From the NCBI RefSeq assembly GCF_009914755.1, contig NC_060928.1: 64,000 nt of DNA; one strand, 5' to 3'. Below the pieces are notes generated by a model. It was not told the origin of the DNA, did no database searches, and saw only the letters and a list, made by a program, of their open reading frames with translations. Below are positions 11,636 to 23,248 of the stretch, piece by piece. The position numbers were made by a program, and so were the translations under genes. Numbering within the stretch: the stretch's first letter is position 1; each line of letters starts with the position of its first letter. The DNA comes from the human T2T-CHM13v2.0 reference genome, Homo sapiens.

Positions 11636-14600
11636 GTCTATAACTTCAACTTTGCTTCCTCCTATTTTAAAACTTCTTAAGACGTTTTGGTAATTGGGAA
11701 AAATTTTTATTTTTGCTTGCCACTAAATCAATGTTTTTCCTTTCATATGTTCTTAATATTAACAAACTTATCTGAATTTTACCCTTGGGAATGATTTTTA
11801 TCTGGTGTGCTTTTGTTTTTATGATGATATCAAATTTATACATTAATATCACCTATAAACAAGCTGATTTTAATTATGTAGATTTGGATAAGAGCATGTT
11901 TCAAAGATACTGCTCTTTTTATCATCTTTACTTCTATATCATGTAAATATATAGTCTCAAAAAATTTAAAACATATTTCCAACCTCATATGAAATTTCAA
12001 CGTGGCAAAACATTTTTTAATGCATGTCCATTTTTATTATTTTAACAAAGACTGGAGCTTTTGAAACATTCCCTTAACAAAAACTTCACTGAGAATGATT
12101 GTTAAAATTATGTCAATGACTACCTGTTCATCCACATAATTTTATAAATTATACAATTTGTGAAAGTTATAATTTAATATATTTTATCTAATATGCATTG
12201 TATTTCATCCAGTCAGGCAAGTGAAATTCATGAGTATATACTTTTACTCTTAAAGATTCTGGTAAAATTAAATATTATATAAAATTCTGAGGTTAAAAAT
12301 TAAATTTTTGAAGTGATATCTGTATCATATTTATCAGAAAATATGAAATGATAAAATGTGAAATGTTTGAAATATAAGAAAGTCAATACTTTAGTGTTTG
12401 CTGACAGTCTTAGAGTACTTAGAAAATAAGTTTTTATATATTTGGGCATTTTTAGGTTATGTCTATATTTCTTTTCAAGCTATCATTGATCCAAATACAG
12501 TGAAAAATAGCAAACCAGGTGCCAAATATGATCCATGTGAAAGTAATTTTCTCATGGAGAAGTATTTTTCTGTCTTCAAGCGTGGCAGTAAAGATTTTGA
12601 TCCAGTGGTCTGAGCTGTGTCATCTTTTCTTTAGGTAGTTTAAAGTCATTTGCTTTGTTATGGGTATGAATTATGTGGTATTAAGTACTGCAGTAGCACT
12701 ATTAAACATTATATCATAAATCCTTTTAGAATGTGGAAAAGTTAGTGTCTGAAAGGCCATTTAAAATTTTCCACTTTAATTCCAAGCTAGGGGCAGTTTT
12801 GTGTTCCTTTTTTTTTTTTTTTTTTAACAACTGACATAATCCACTAAAAATGATAAGTCTCTTAGTACCACTCATGCATTTCCAGACAAAATCCAAACAT
12901 TATATAGATTGTTTTAAAATACAGATTGAGATTGTTTTAAATTTGTAGACAAACGGATGAAGCTATTTCTATAAAACTGAAGTAGCAATATTAATTACCA
13001 TCAACAGCCACAATATTAAAATATTCTGCAATTCCTTGAATCTATAAGTGGCAGAAATACTTCATTATGAAGTAGTTTGTTTACATTAATTCTTCAGCTC
13101 TCTAGCTTTTAATTTTTTAAATAAATATATATTAAATATTGTTTTCTTTCATTAAAACTGCAACTTAGTTTTTTCCAAGATACGTTTTTGAGAAATGAGG
13201 AGAAAAAAAATATAAGAAATTAACTTTTTTAAGTTCTAAGTCAGTATTCTAACCAAAAATACAATTTTCTACTTTGAGTGCTATCTTTAAAAACAGGCTA
13301 TATTTAAAGGCAACCCTGGAAGAATTAATCTTGATTGTTCCTGTATTTCTTTGATTAGTTAAAGAAACTAAGTCACAAAAGAGATATTCCTAGTGTTTTG
13401 TCATTTTCAGTATGTGTGTAGTTAAGCTTTTTAAATTCCTATTTTACTTTTGATATAATCCTCTTAGTGAATTTTTTCTGGGAAAACATGCTGTCAAACA
13501 CACAAAGTAAAAGAAAGACAAGAAACAGTAGTTAACAAAGATTTTTGAATACTTTTGTGTATTTTAGCTTTAAAAAAAACTTTTTTTAAAACTATAAATT
13601 GTAAATTGACATTTCAATACCTGATCACGGAAGCGTTTCTTGTTTTGAAAATGACAGGGTTGGAACATATGATTTAAGTTTAACATTAGAGATGTCAGAG
13701 CTAGCAATGCATTAACACAATTTCTAAGATCTTTAGCTAAACAAAGGCACAAGTGTTCATGGAAATGAGTTAGGTACCTCTAGAATCTAAAAAGTTAAAA
13801 AGAAAACAACTGTATGTATGTCACATGAATCTGTTGTCCTGAACTTTATTCCTGTGTCTTGAATTCATGCTTTTCTTTTAACCTTGCCTAAAACTTCTTG
13901 TATTTTATCTAAGTATCTGTTGGCTTCCTGTCTCTAACATGCCTTCCCTCTGTAATCCAGTTATTAAGGAAATGTTGGACATGGACCCTAGTTTAAATAT
14001 AAATAAAAATAAATTTTACAGTTCCTTTTTGGGGTTTGATAACTTTAGTCAAGAAGAATTTACTGACCAATATTTATCGTGATATCTGCTTTGAAAATGA
14101 GAGAGTTTGAATAATATTTCATTCTAATAGTTTTACATGTTTATTTTACATCACTATCTTAAGGCTTTTTTAAACTCTATATTTTAACTCTATATTCTTT
14201 TTAGCCCCTAGATATGTGCTGTCACCATTACAAGGACTCAGGGACACATAAATGATTGGGAAGAAAGAAAGAAAGAATATTCAATTCAAACACTGAGGAC
14301 CCTTCCCCCTTGCAAATGGGCAAGATGCAATGATAATAGGGCATCAAAATATAAATGTGAATATAAAGGTAGATTTTAGGGTGCTGGCAATGTTAAAATA
14401 CATTATTTAGGGGTTTTAATTGGCAAAACAAAAAGAAAAGCTGTCATTTGATGATGCTGTATTCATTATTACTTACTCTGAAGAGGCAGAATATTCTCAT
14501 GTATTTTTAGACTTAAAACAGACCACAGTTGAACAATCCTGGTGAGGGGAGAGGGAGGAAGTTCCCATCTTTCATACCAAATTTAACCGAAAGCTCAATT

Positions 14601-14862
14601 AAATAGATTTTAATCAGACAGCTAATTAAAAGATTACAAATGCAGACCTTTGAAAATAAGGACAGAAGTGTCATTGAAATGAATAGCAACATGTGACAAG
14701 ATGAAATACCTACAGAAGAGTTGGTGCTTCTGAGCAGCACCTTTCCTAAAAGTCAATATATGTTTGGGTGATTTCTGGTGTTTTGCTTTTACAAACACAA
14801 CTGCTATTATCAATACTGCATCTGAATAACGGTTTCTCTAGAGAACATACCAAATAGTGTAG

Positions 14863-16175
14863 TCCATTTATTTATTTAGAATACATGTGTTGAGCCCTTA
14901 CTCTGTGGATAGTGTTCTAAGTTACTTTGATAAACATAAAAGACAAAGATCCCAGACACATCAAGTATATATTCTAACTGATAGAATCAGATGACCCAAA
15001 ACAAACATAAAAAGGTGTAATTACATTTTACAAGACTATAAATGTTATGGGATTTTAAAATAATAGTGAGCAGGTGTAAGGAGTCCTAGGGGTTCCAGGA
15101 ATGAAAAAGAGGTGAGGAATTTTAAATGAGGAGGCTCGTGTAGGCTTCATGGAGATGGTTACATTTTAGAAAAAAGAGGAGGTAGGGAATTATCCATATA
15201 AATATTTGAAGGAAGACAAGTTCAGGAGGGGACAGCTGGTGAAAAGCCCTAAGGCAGGAGCATGACTGGTGTGTGAAAACAGCAAAGACTGCAGCAGAGT
15301 GATATGATGTGGAGGTAACCTTAAATGATGGCATCACTTAAGGTTTTATAGTTAACTGTAAGTGTTTTAGATTTTTCTCTGAGTGAAATGGGAAGCCATT
15401 ACAGGATGTTGCCCAGAGAGGTACATAATTATTACATTCTAGAAGAGTCCTTCTGGCTATTTCATAGAACAAATGAAGAAAGCAAAGTTAAAAGTTAAGA
15501 AAATGATTGAGAGGTGTTACCATTATCCTGATAAGAGATGGTGCTGCCTCCTACGGTGATAGAAGACCGATGACATGTGGTTGGATTCTGACTATCTTTT
15601 GAAGTGAGTGTCATCAGGATTGTCTGACCGCTTGATATGCAGTGTGTTAGAGAGAAGAGTGAAGGATAACCTCGTGGCTTTTAGGCTGTATAAATGGAAC
15701 ATACATGGGGAGGGTTGCAAGGATATGTTTCCAAAGCAATGTAAGAGTTAAATATATATAATTAAACATTCCAAGAGGGTGATCTAGGCCTAATATAATT
15801 GTGGATATATAGATGGAATTTCAAACCATGAGCTTGGATAAGATTATCAAGAGTGTGAACATTGATGGAGAAGAGGGGAGAGGCGAGGACATTTCTCTGG
15901 GGTATTCTAGCATTAAGTCTGGGGAAATAGGAAGATGTAGCAAAGGAGGCTGAAAAGAAGTAACCAATGAGTTACTGGGAAAACTAAACCTCTCAGACTA
16001 AAGGTTGAGAGTCAACAATCAGAATCAGAAATGAGGAAATTATTGTTGACCTTAGCAAGAGCAGGTGTTATAGAGTAATGAAGACAAAGTCCCAACTGAA
16101 GTGGTTTTGATAGAGAATTGAAAGAAATGGGAAAGGGGAATATAGCTAACTCTTCTTTCAAGGAGCTTTGCTGCT
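14863..16175 (-). mobile_element. L2 (L2a-like) LINE, long 3' fragment
   Basis: CATTTATTTATTTAGAATACATGTGTTGAGCCCTTACTCTGTG start; AAAGCCCTAAGGCAGGAGCATGACTGG; TTTTCTCTGAGTGAAATGGGAAGCCATT; GTTGACCTTAGCAAGAGCAG. Confidence 0.8.
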
Positions 16176-16209
16176 AAAGAAAGTAAGGAGTGAAATGGTT
16201 GAATTATAA

Positions 16210-16720
16210 GATGCACATGTGTTCATCCTTAAAAGAGAACATGCAAGAATTTTTTATTCAAATGTTTTTCAGTGGTTCACATTCTTTTTAGAAATATGAA
16301 AGCATTCTCATGGATCCACATCCTCATCAATACTTAGTATTATTTATCTTCTAAATTCTAATCTTGGGTGTAACAATTATATAAAATTATGATCTTAATT
16401 TTTATTTTCCTGACTACAAATCAGATTGAACACTTTTTCATATGTTTATTGGACATTATTATCTATCTTAAGATATTGATTTTAAATATGTATATCTATC
16501 TTGAAATATCTATTTTGAAATGTAGCAGGTTTTTTCTCTTGAGATGTATTTTTATCTGATATTTTTAGTATTTTTTGTATGTTTTATAATAAACTTTTTG
16601 ACAATTATATGTTGCAAGTAACTTTCCAGGTTATTGGATTCTCTTTGATTTATTCTTGGATGAGGAACAGAATTCTTCTTCCTATAACACATTCTTTGAC
16701 CATTCTTAATTTAAAGCATA
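16210..16720 (-). mobile_element. L1ME-type fragment (ORF2 end/3'UTR)
   Basis: TCCACATCCTCATCAATACTTAGTATT...GATTGAACACTTTTTCATATGTTTATTGGACATT. Confidence 0.65.
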
Positions 16721-16769
16721 TTTTAATAAATAGTCACAGTTTTTCTTTTAATTTAAAAATATTTGTATT

Positions 16770-17825
16770 ATTTACTTAAAAGATAATTTTGTCAGATATA
16801 CAATTCTGGATTTGTGGTTATTTTCTATTAGCATTTAGAAGATATTATTTCAGTGTCTTTCAGTTTCTGTTGCTTGAGAAACCTTGAGAAACCTAGTTTT
16901 AGACTAATTGTATGTCTTTTGTAAGTGATCTGTCTGTCACACCCTTTCCCTCACACTTGCTCTTCAAATCTACACTTTATCTTTGCTGTTTTGTAGCTGC
17001 ACTATAATGTGGCTGAGAATTGTTGATTTTTATTCATGTTGATTTACATACATAAGGCTTTGATATCACTGTTTTCAGGACTCCATTAGTTGTGGGAATT
17101 GCTAAGTGATTATCTAGTCAAATATAACCTGACTTTTATTCTTTCCCTTTGGGATTTCAGTTGGACACACGTTAGATTATCTTACTCTGTTTGCCATGTC
17201 TTTTATCCTCTCTCACAAATTTCATTGACTTGCCTGTCTCTTATGCCTTTGACCAATCTTCCAATTAACTCTCTCCTCTTTCGGATCTATTGTACTGTTT
17301 ACAGTACAATATCCATTAACATTTCTGTGTTTGTTATTTCTAAAATGTGTATTTGACTTTTAGTATGTTATCTGTTATTTATAATTTCTTGCTATATATC
17401 TTTGATACTTTAAAATTTCAATCTATTTAAACGTATTTATTTTATTTTCTGCTATGGATAAGTACAATATTTGATGTCCTTACAGTTTTAAATATTTAGT
17501 TGTTGGTATTTCTCTGCTGGTTATCACACACGTCCACTGATTTCTTTATATATTTTCAGTTTTATACTGTGTGCTCATATTTGTTAGAAGTCAATATGAG
17601 GGAATGCCAACAGTCTAATTAGGAATTGTTTTGTTCAAAGATATGTGTTTCCTTCTGCTGGAAGCCAGGGAAAGCTGCCAGTCTGAGACAATTACAGAGT
17701 TCCTGTTCAGTGCAAAAGACTCAGATGGGACTCCTCAATTTCTGGTGGGACCCAGGCATAATCTCCAGATTTTCTATGTTATTTTTAGCATCTGCACTAG
17801 AGTAACCTAGCTTTAGTACTTGCTT
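16770..17825 (-). mobile_element. HAL1 / old L1M ORF1-5' region fragment
   Basis: AAAGATAATTTTGTCAGATATACAATTCTGG...GAAGATATTATTTCAGTGTCTT...GTTTCCTTCTGCTGGAAGCCAGGG antisense ORF1-like pattern. Confidence 0.5.
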
Positions 17826-17827
17826 AA

Positions 17828-17955
17828 TGTATGTATATATGTATGTGCGTATGCGTGTATACATATATAAGTATATATAGTTATACATATAAGTATATAC
17901 ACATCTAAATATGTATGTGTACATAGATACTTATTTATACAAATATATGTATATA
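17828..17955. repeat. Degenerate (TA/TG/CA) low-complexity repeat
   Basis: TGTATGTATATATGTATGTGCGTATGCGTGTATACATATA... Confidence 0.8.
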
Positions 17956-18147
17956 TTTTTTTACAAACCTATCTGTCTACTTAGATTTGGATTCCATCAC
18001 CTCTAAATATAAGCTCTGTAACCTTAGGTCATTTTTTAAAACTTTTTCCTAACCTTTCTTTCTTTTACAAATCTCATATTTCTCAATAAATGGCAACTAA
18101 CATTGTTAATATACTTATGTTCCTTCAACATTAGAAAAAAATGTGTC

Positions 18148-18451
18148 TTTATTTATTATCATATTTTTTGGACAAGGTCTTATTCTGTTGCCCAGTCTGG
18201 AAAGCAGTGGTGGATTCACAGCTCACTGCAGGCTGAATTTCCTGGGTTCAAGTGATTCTCTCACCTCACCTGTCCAAGTAGTTGGGACTACAGACATGCA
18301 CCACCACGCCCAGCTAATTTTGTTTATTTTTTGTAGAGATAGCAGTCTCACTATATTGCCCAGGCTGGTCTCAAACTCCTAGATTCAAGCGATTCTCCCA
18401 ACTCAGCCTCTCAAAATGTTGGGATAACATGCATGAGCTACTGTGCCCAGC
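18148..18451 (-). mobile_element. AluJ (Jo-like) SINE
   Basis: GACAAGGTCTTATTCTGTTGCCCAG...CACAGCTCACTGCAG...GCATGAGCTACTGTGCCCAGC. Confidence 0.92.
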
Positions 18452-18593
18452 TTTTTAAGAAAAAAAAAAAAAAAAAGTGTTTTTAAAATAACCTTTCTCC
18501 TCCTAAATCCTATGTGGCCAGTAAATGTATCTTTCATAAATATTTTAAGTTGGGAATTTGTCACTTTTTGTTGTGTTTTGTTTTCTTCTTGGA

Positions 18594-18842
18594 AGCATTA
18601 GAGTGAAGGGGCAAGCACCGGGGCACAGGAGCCAGACTGCTGAGTTTTAATCCCATTTCCACTACGTAAGCCTTATGTTACCTTCGGCAAGTTTATTTTA
18701 ATCTCTATGCTTTTGTTTATTTGTACAACAGAAGAAATAATAGTTTCTCCTTTATGTGCTTCTTGTGAGAATGAATATTTGTTACTATATTGAAATTGCT
18801 TAGTTTAATGCTGATTCTCGGTAAATATTTACTATGATTATC
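18594..18842 (+). mobile_element. MIR SINE
   Basis: GGAGCCAGACTGCTGAGTTTTAATCCC...GTTACCTTCGGCAAGTTTATTTTAATCTCTATGCTT. Confidence 0.75.
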
Positions 18843-18943
18843 AGAACAAAAAAAAATTATATCCCAAATTGCCAGAAATTGTTCCAGCTTACTAATGAAA
18901 TACCAAAAATGAGAAAGAGAATGACTTTTTTTTCCTTCTTAAT

Positions 18944-19190
18944 TAGTGGTAAGTTTATGGACTGTGGAGTCTGTCTCAAGAGGTTTAGATTCAGCCTTAT
19001 TACTTCCCGCCAGTATCACATTAACAAACAACTCAAGTTGTCAAATCCTCAGATTTCCTACCTACAGAATAAGGAAAGTAGGAATACCTTCCTCTTAGGG
19101 CTGATGTGATAACTTAAAAAAATCACTAATGTAAAACATCTGAGTACACAATCTGCACATAAAAATAAATGTCAGATATAATTTTTATGA
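18944..19190 (+). mobile_element. MIR SINE
   Basis: TAGTGGTAAG...GGACTGTGGAGTC...CCTCAGATTTCCTACCTACAGAATAAGG...ATGTAAAACATCTGAGTACACA. Confidence 0.65.
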
Positions 19191-20014
19191 TTAGTTTTAC
19201 TTAAGAATTGTCATCTAAATTTCACATGCTATCAAATTATATGCTTTAAATAAAGAATTATACAGTGCTAACTTCCATGTGTGCTTTCCTAACCTGTTAG
19301 GAAGCTGTAGAAAACAGAATAATCAGTTTCAAAAAAGCATGACAGTAATATGAATGAAAATATAATAAGGAAAGTTAATATTAAACTAGTGCTATGGTGT
19401 CTGTTGTTTCATGATTATAATGAAATTGCTAAACCATCACTGAATTGTGTGAGGAGTTTCCAGGTGAGATATGCAATCAATACCCTGAGACAGCAGTAAC
19501 CCTTTCTTTAGGCAGAACTTTATAAGCAGTGTTAGTTCCATGATTTTACCCAAACAAGACATCACAATACAAACTCGAATTGGAAGAACTCTCCTTGGCC
19601 AGATATCTAAATTTAACAGGAATTTAAGAGGTTCTTTAGTGTAGGGCCTCATGCAGCATGTGTTGAAAATAGTGCTGAAAACAAGAAATATGTAATATAT
19701 GGATATACTTAAATAAACTCCAGGCTGTCTTGTTTCCATAACATTGGTTATTTTCTGCCAATAGTTTTGTCCTCAGTGAGCCGTGGCCATGACATGGAAT
19801 CTGTCCAAGACACTTGGTGACCAAGAGCCTCTTTCTAGTAGGAGTCTGAGCTGAAAATAGCTTCCTGAATTTTTTCAGCATCATGCATTTACTGTGCAGC
19901 TTTAAGCTCTTCCCTGAACACATTATTGTTTAATTACTTACTGTCCAATATTATATTATGCCAGTTATGTAAGGACTCCAGTGGACCTCAAGCATGGTAA
20001 TAAAATCACTCATA

Positions 20015-20031
20015 AGGTCACGTGAAGTTCA
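20015..20031 (+). promoter_or_regulatory. Candidate DR5 retinoic acid response element overlapping a CACGTG E-box
   Basis: AGGTCA-cgtga-AGTTCA is an exact RGKTCA(N5)RGKTCA match; function not demonstrated. Confidence 0.45.
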
Positions 20032-20190
20032 GAGTTGTTAGGGAGGTACGTTGCAGTTAGCTTTTGCCTCTTCCCACAGTAATGTTCATTAATACCTCGT
20101 GTGAGACACTGTTTTCCTTGTGTAGTTCAGAATGCTACTTTACTTCCTGACCCCTGGAAACCAGGAAATGATTTTATTAGCAGGCAAGAG

Positions 20191-20191
<1 letters not shown>

Positions 20192-20231
<40 letters not shown>
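20192..20231. repeat. (AC)20 microsatellite
   Basis: Direct read. Confidence 0.98.
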
Positions 20232-20233
<2 letters not shown>

Positions 20234-21104
20234 TCACTCTCTCTCTCCCTTTCTCTCTTAGCTTTTGTCCCCCAAAGTTGAATAACATAATTTTTGGGAA
20301 GAGGAAGAATCCTTGGCACTGAATTGTAGACCCATATGGTTCTTGGAGATATGGTCTAAAAATGTAATTGTTTGAAAACTTTAGTGAAAACAAAGTTTGT
20401 GATACTATAGATTTATAGAGCATAGAGAAATAGAAATTTTCCACATATTTGCTATGTCTCCCACTTCTGCATAATGAGGTTGAAAAAAGTTACTATATTT
20501 TAATTTTTTTGAGTGGGAGTACTAAACTAATTGAGTATTCATAATGCCAGTCTACGATCTGTAAAGTTAAAAAATATTTTTGAAATATTTAATTCCAGGA
20601 CCAGCGACTCATAATATCCATTTTTTTTTTTTTTTTGTCATTTTGCACTTTCTTAAAGCTTCTGGACATAAATAACTTGTTGGTAAATCTAGTATCTTGG
20701 CTTTCCCTTTGTCCTCCTACATTACCTTCTTAGATATTCCAGAATCATAACATTTTGCGTAAAGAGAGTAATTAAGATTTTTTATATTTTAAAGAAAAGA
20801 AATTTGTTTCTGTGTTCATTTATGCACCAGTTCCATATACCAGGTCAGTGGCAGAGCTGAGCAGTAAGACAGTTTTCTCCGTTTTGAATCTTGGACGTTT
20901 TCTGCCTTTGTATCCTGTACTACACTGCTTGTCACTTTCACATCCTATGGTTGTGTCTTGTTTGATTATTTTGCCTAGAATGTTCATTTTTTTGCCTAAT
21001 TTTTATGCCAAAGGAAGTCTCCCTTCCTTAAATATTCCAATGGATTTGCTCAACTGGTTAATATACTCAATAGCAAAAATAGGTACTTCAGTAACAGTTG
21101 AAGT

Positions 21105-21293
21105 GTTTGGGACTTTCTGAGGGTGGAGGGTCGGAACAGGGAGAAGATCAGGAAAAATAACTAATGGGTACTAGGCTTAACACCTGGGAGATGAAATAAT
21201 TTGTACCACAAACCCCCATGACACAAGTTTACCTATGTAACAAATCTGCACTTTTACCCCTGAACATAAAATAAAAATTAAAAAAAAAAAGAA
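21105..21293 (+). mobile_element. L1PA13-16-like 3' end, 5'-truncated
   Basis: GAGGGTGGAGGG...ATCAGGAAAAATAACTAATGGGTACTAGGCTTAA...CAAACCCCCATGACACAAGTTTACCTATG plus poly-A; TSD AA(C/T)AGTTGAAGT 21093-21104 and 21294-21305. Confidence 0.9.
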
Positions 21294-21841
21294 AATAGTT
21301 GAAGTAGGAATGAATGTCTGTAGGGCCAATCAGGCTTACTTACTTTGAATATGTTATGCATTTAATTTATTTTAGAATTATTAATGAAAATAAGCCTTCT
21401 GTTAGTAGAATATGTGTTTTGGGAGTATTTGAGCTGAAAGTTGGCTCTCTACTTTCTCTTGGGCATGCTCTACCACTTTCTCAGACCTTTCATACTTTTC
21501 AATAGTGAAAATCTGCTACATGAAAGGACAGAACACAAACAAAACCCATTAGCTCAAGTCTTCATTAAAATGTTGCAGACAAGGTAAGAACAGCTTTAAA
21601 TTGAGTGTTCTTGAAGACAGCAAAGAATTTAAAGCTTTTATAAGGCAGAATGGAGCAGGTACATTGACATTCAATTGGTTACTGCACAAATTTTTAGAAG
21701 GTAGGGAATTAGTCACACATTAGAGTGTAGGGGCAGCAAGACTGGAATGCCGATTAGTGGCCATTGTTTGGAAAATTGGGATTTAGCAAGAGGAGTAAAA
21801 AGTAACATAAGAGACAACATTATTGCAAATAAGTGTAAATC

Positions 21842-21986
21842 TTTTCTTTATTTTATTTTTTTGAGTCAGAGTTCTTACTATCAGCCAGGCTACAATCCAG
21901 TGGCACATGTAAGCTCACTGTAGCCTCCAACTCCTGGGCTCAAGTGATCCTCCCAAACTGGTGAGATTACAGGCATGAGCCACCAC
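21842..21986 (-). mobile_element. Alu monomer (FRAM/FAM-like)
   Basis: T-rich head, GCTCACTGTAGCCTCCAACTCCTGGGCTCAAGTGATCCTCCC...GATTACAGGCATGAGCCACCAC; single arm. Confidence 0.8.
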
Positions 21987-22596
21987 AAAAACTTTACTTT
22001 AAAATGAAACATAGGCAACTCATATTGCAATTGGCCACTGGCCACTCTCTTCTGCCTGCAAATTTATAACACCCTATCACCCTGCCATATATATATGTGT
22101 GTATATACATATATACATGTATATAGTTTATACATTATCTCTTAGTTATTAAAAGAAAAATTGTATGGCAAAATACCAAAACAAGATTCTCTTCCATGTG
22201 TGACTAGCTTGCAGATTCACACAGAAGCCATGGTTTCTCACTTAAAATCATTTCATAAATTGATATGTTTATCCTCATTGATAAATAGTGAAACTAATTG
22301 ACTCCAAAAACTGCCGAATATTTGCAATTGAAACATTTTATCCTCAAAGTAAACAGACGTTTGTCCTAGAAGTAACCTGGTGAGTGAAAAAAGAAAAGTA
22401 AAAAGAAGGAATAGAGATATCCAAATTCTGATATTCTAATACAGTTGACTCTTGAACAACATAAGGTCTAGGGGCACTGACACCTTGTGCAGTTGAAAAT
22501 CCATGTATAAATTTTGACTACACAAAAACTTAACTATCAACCGGCTACTGTTGACCAGAAGCCTTACTGATAACACAGAGTCATTTAATAAATAAT

Positions 22597-22601
<5 letters not shown>

Positions 22602-22655
<54 letters not shown>
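22602..22655. repeat. Compound (TA)17(CA)10 microsatellite inside Tigger2
   Basis: Direct read. Confidence 0.95.
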
Positions 22656-22894
22656 TATCCTGTATACTTACAATAAAGTAACCTGGAGAAAAGAGAACAT
22701 TATTAAGAAAATCATAAGGAAGAGAAAATATATTCACTATTAATTAAGTGGTAGTGAATCATTATTAAAGTCTTCATTCTCATCATCTTCACATTGAAAA
22801 GGCAGAAGAGGGGCAAGATCAGGAGGACTTTGTCTGGCTGTTTTAGGGTGGCAGAGCAGAACAGGTGGAGGAGGTGGAAGGGGAGGCAGGAGAG

Positions 22895-23248
22895 TGATAT
22901 GATTTGTCTGCAACCCCATTCAAATCTCAACTCGAATTATATCTCCCAGAATTCCCATGTGCTGTAGGAGGGACCCAGTGGGAGGTAAATTAATCAGGTG
23001 GGCTGGTCTTTCCTGTGCTATTCTAGTGATATTGAATACGTCTCAAGAGATCTGATGGGTTTATCAGGGGTTTCTGCTTTTGCTTCTTCCTCATTTTCTG
23101 TTGCCACCACCATGTAAGAAGTGCCTTTCACCTCCAGCCATGATTCTGAGGCCTCCCCAGCCATGTGAAACTGTAAATCCAATTAAACCTCCTTTTCTTC
23201 CCAGTCTCACGTATGTCTTTATCAGTAGCCTGAAAATGGACTAATGGA
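22895..23248 (+). mobile_element. THE1A MaLR solo LTR nested in Tigger2
   Basis: TGATATGATTTG...CTCCCAGAATTCCCA...GATCTGATGGGTTTATCAGGGGTTTC...GGACTAAT; 5-bp TSD GAGAG at 22890-22894 and 23249-23253. Confidence 0.93.

Noticed and set aside
12398-12613. Protein-like ORF following a plus-strand acceptor (AIIDPNTVKNSKPGAKY...)
   Set aside because: No recognisable homology, weak donor, no partner exons
21500-21800. Possible degraded LTR
   Set aside because: Only a vague resemblance; no termini or TSD I can support
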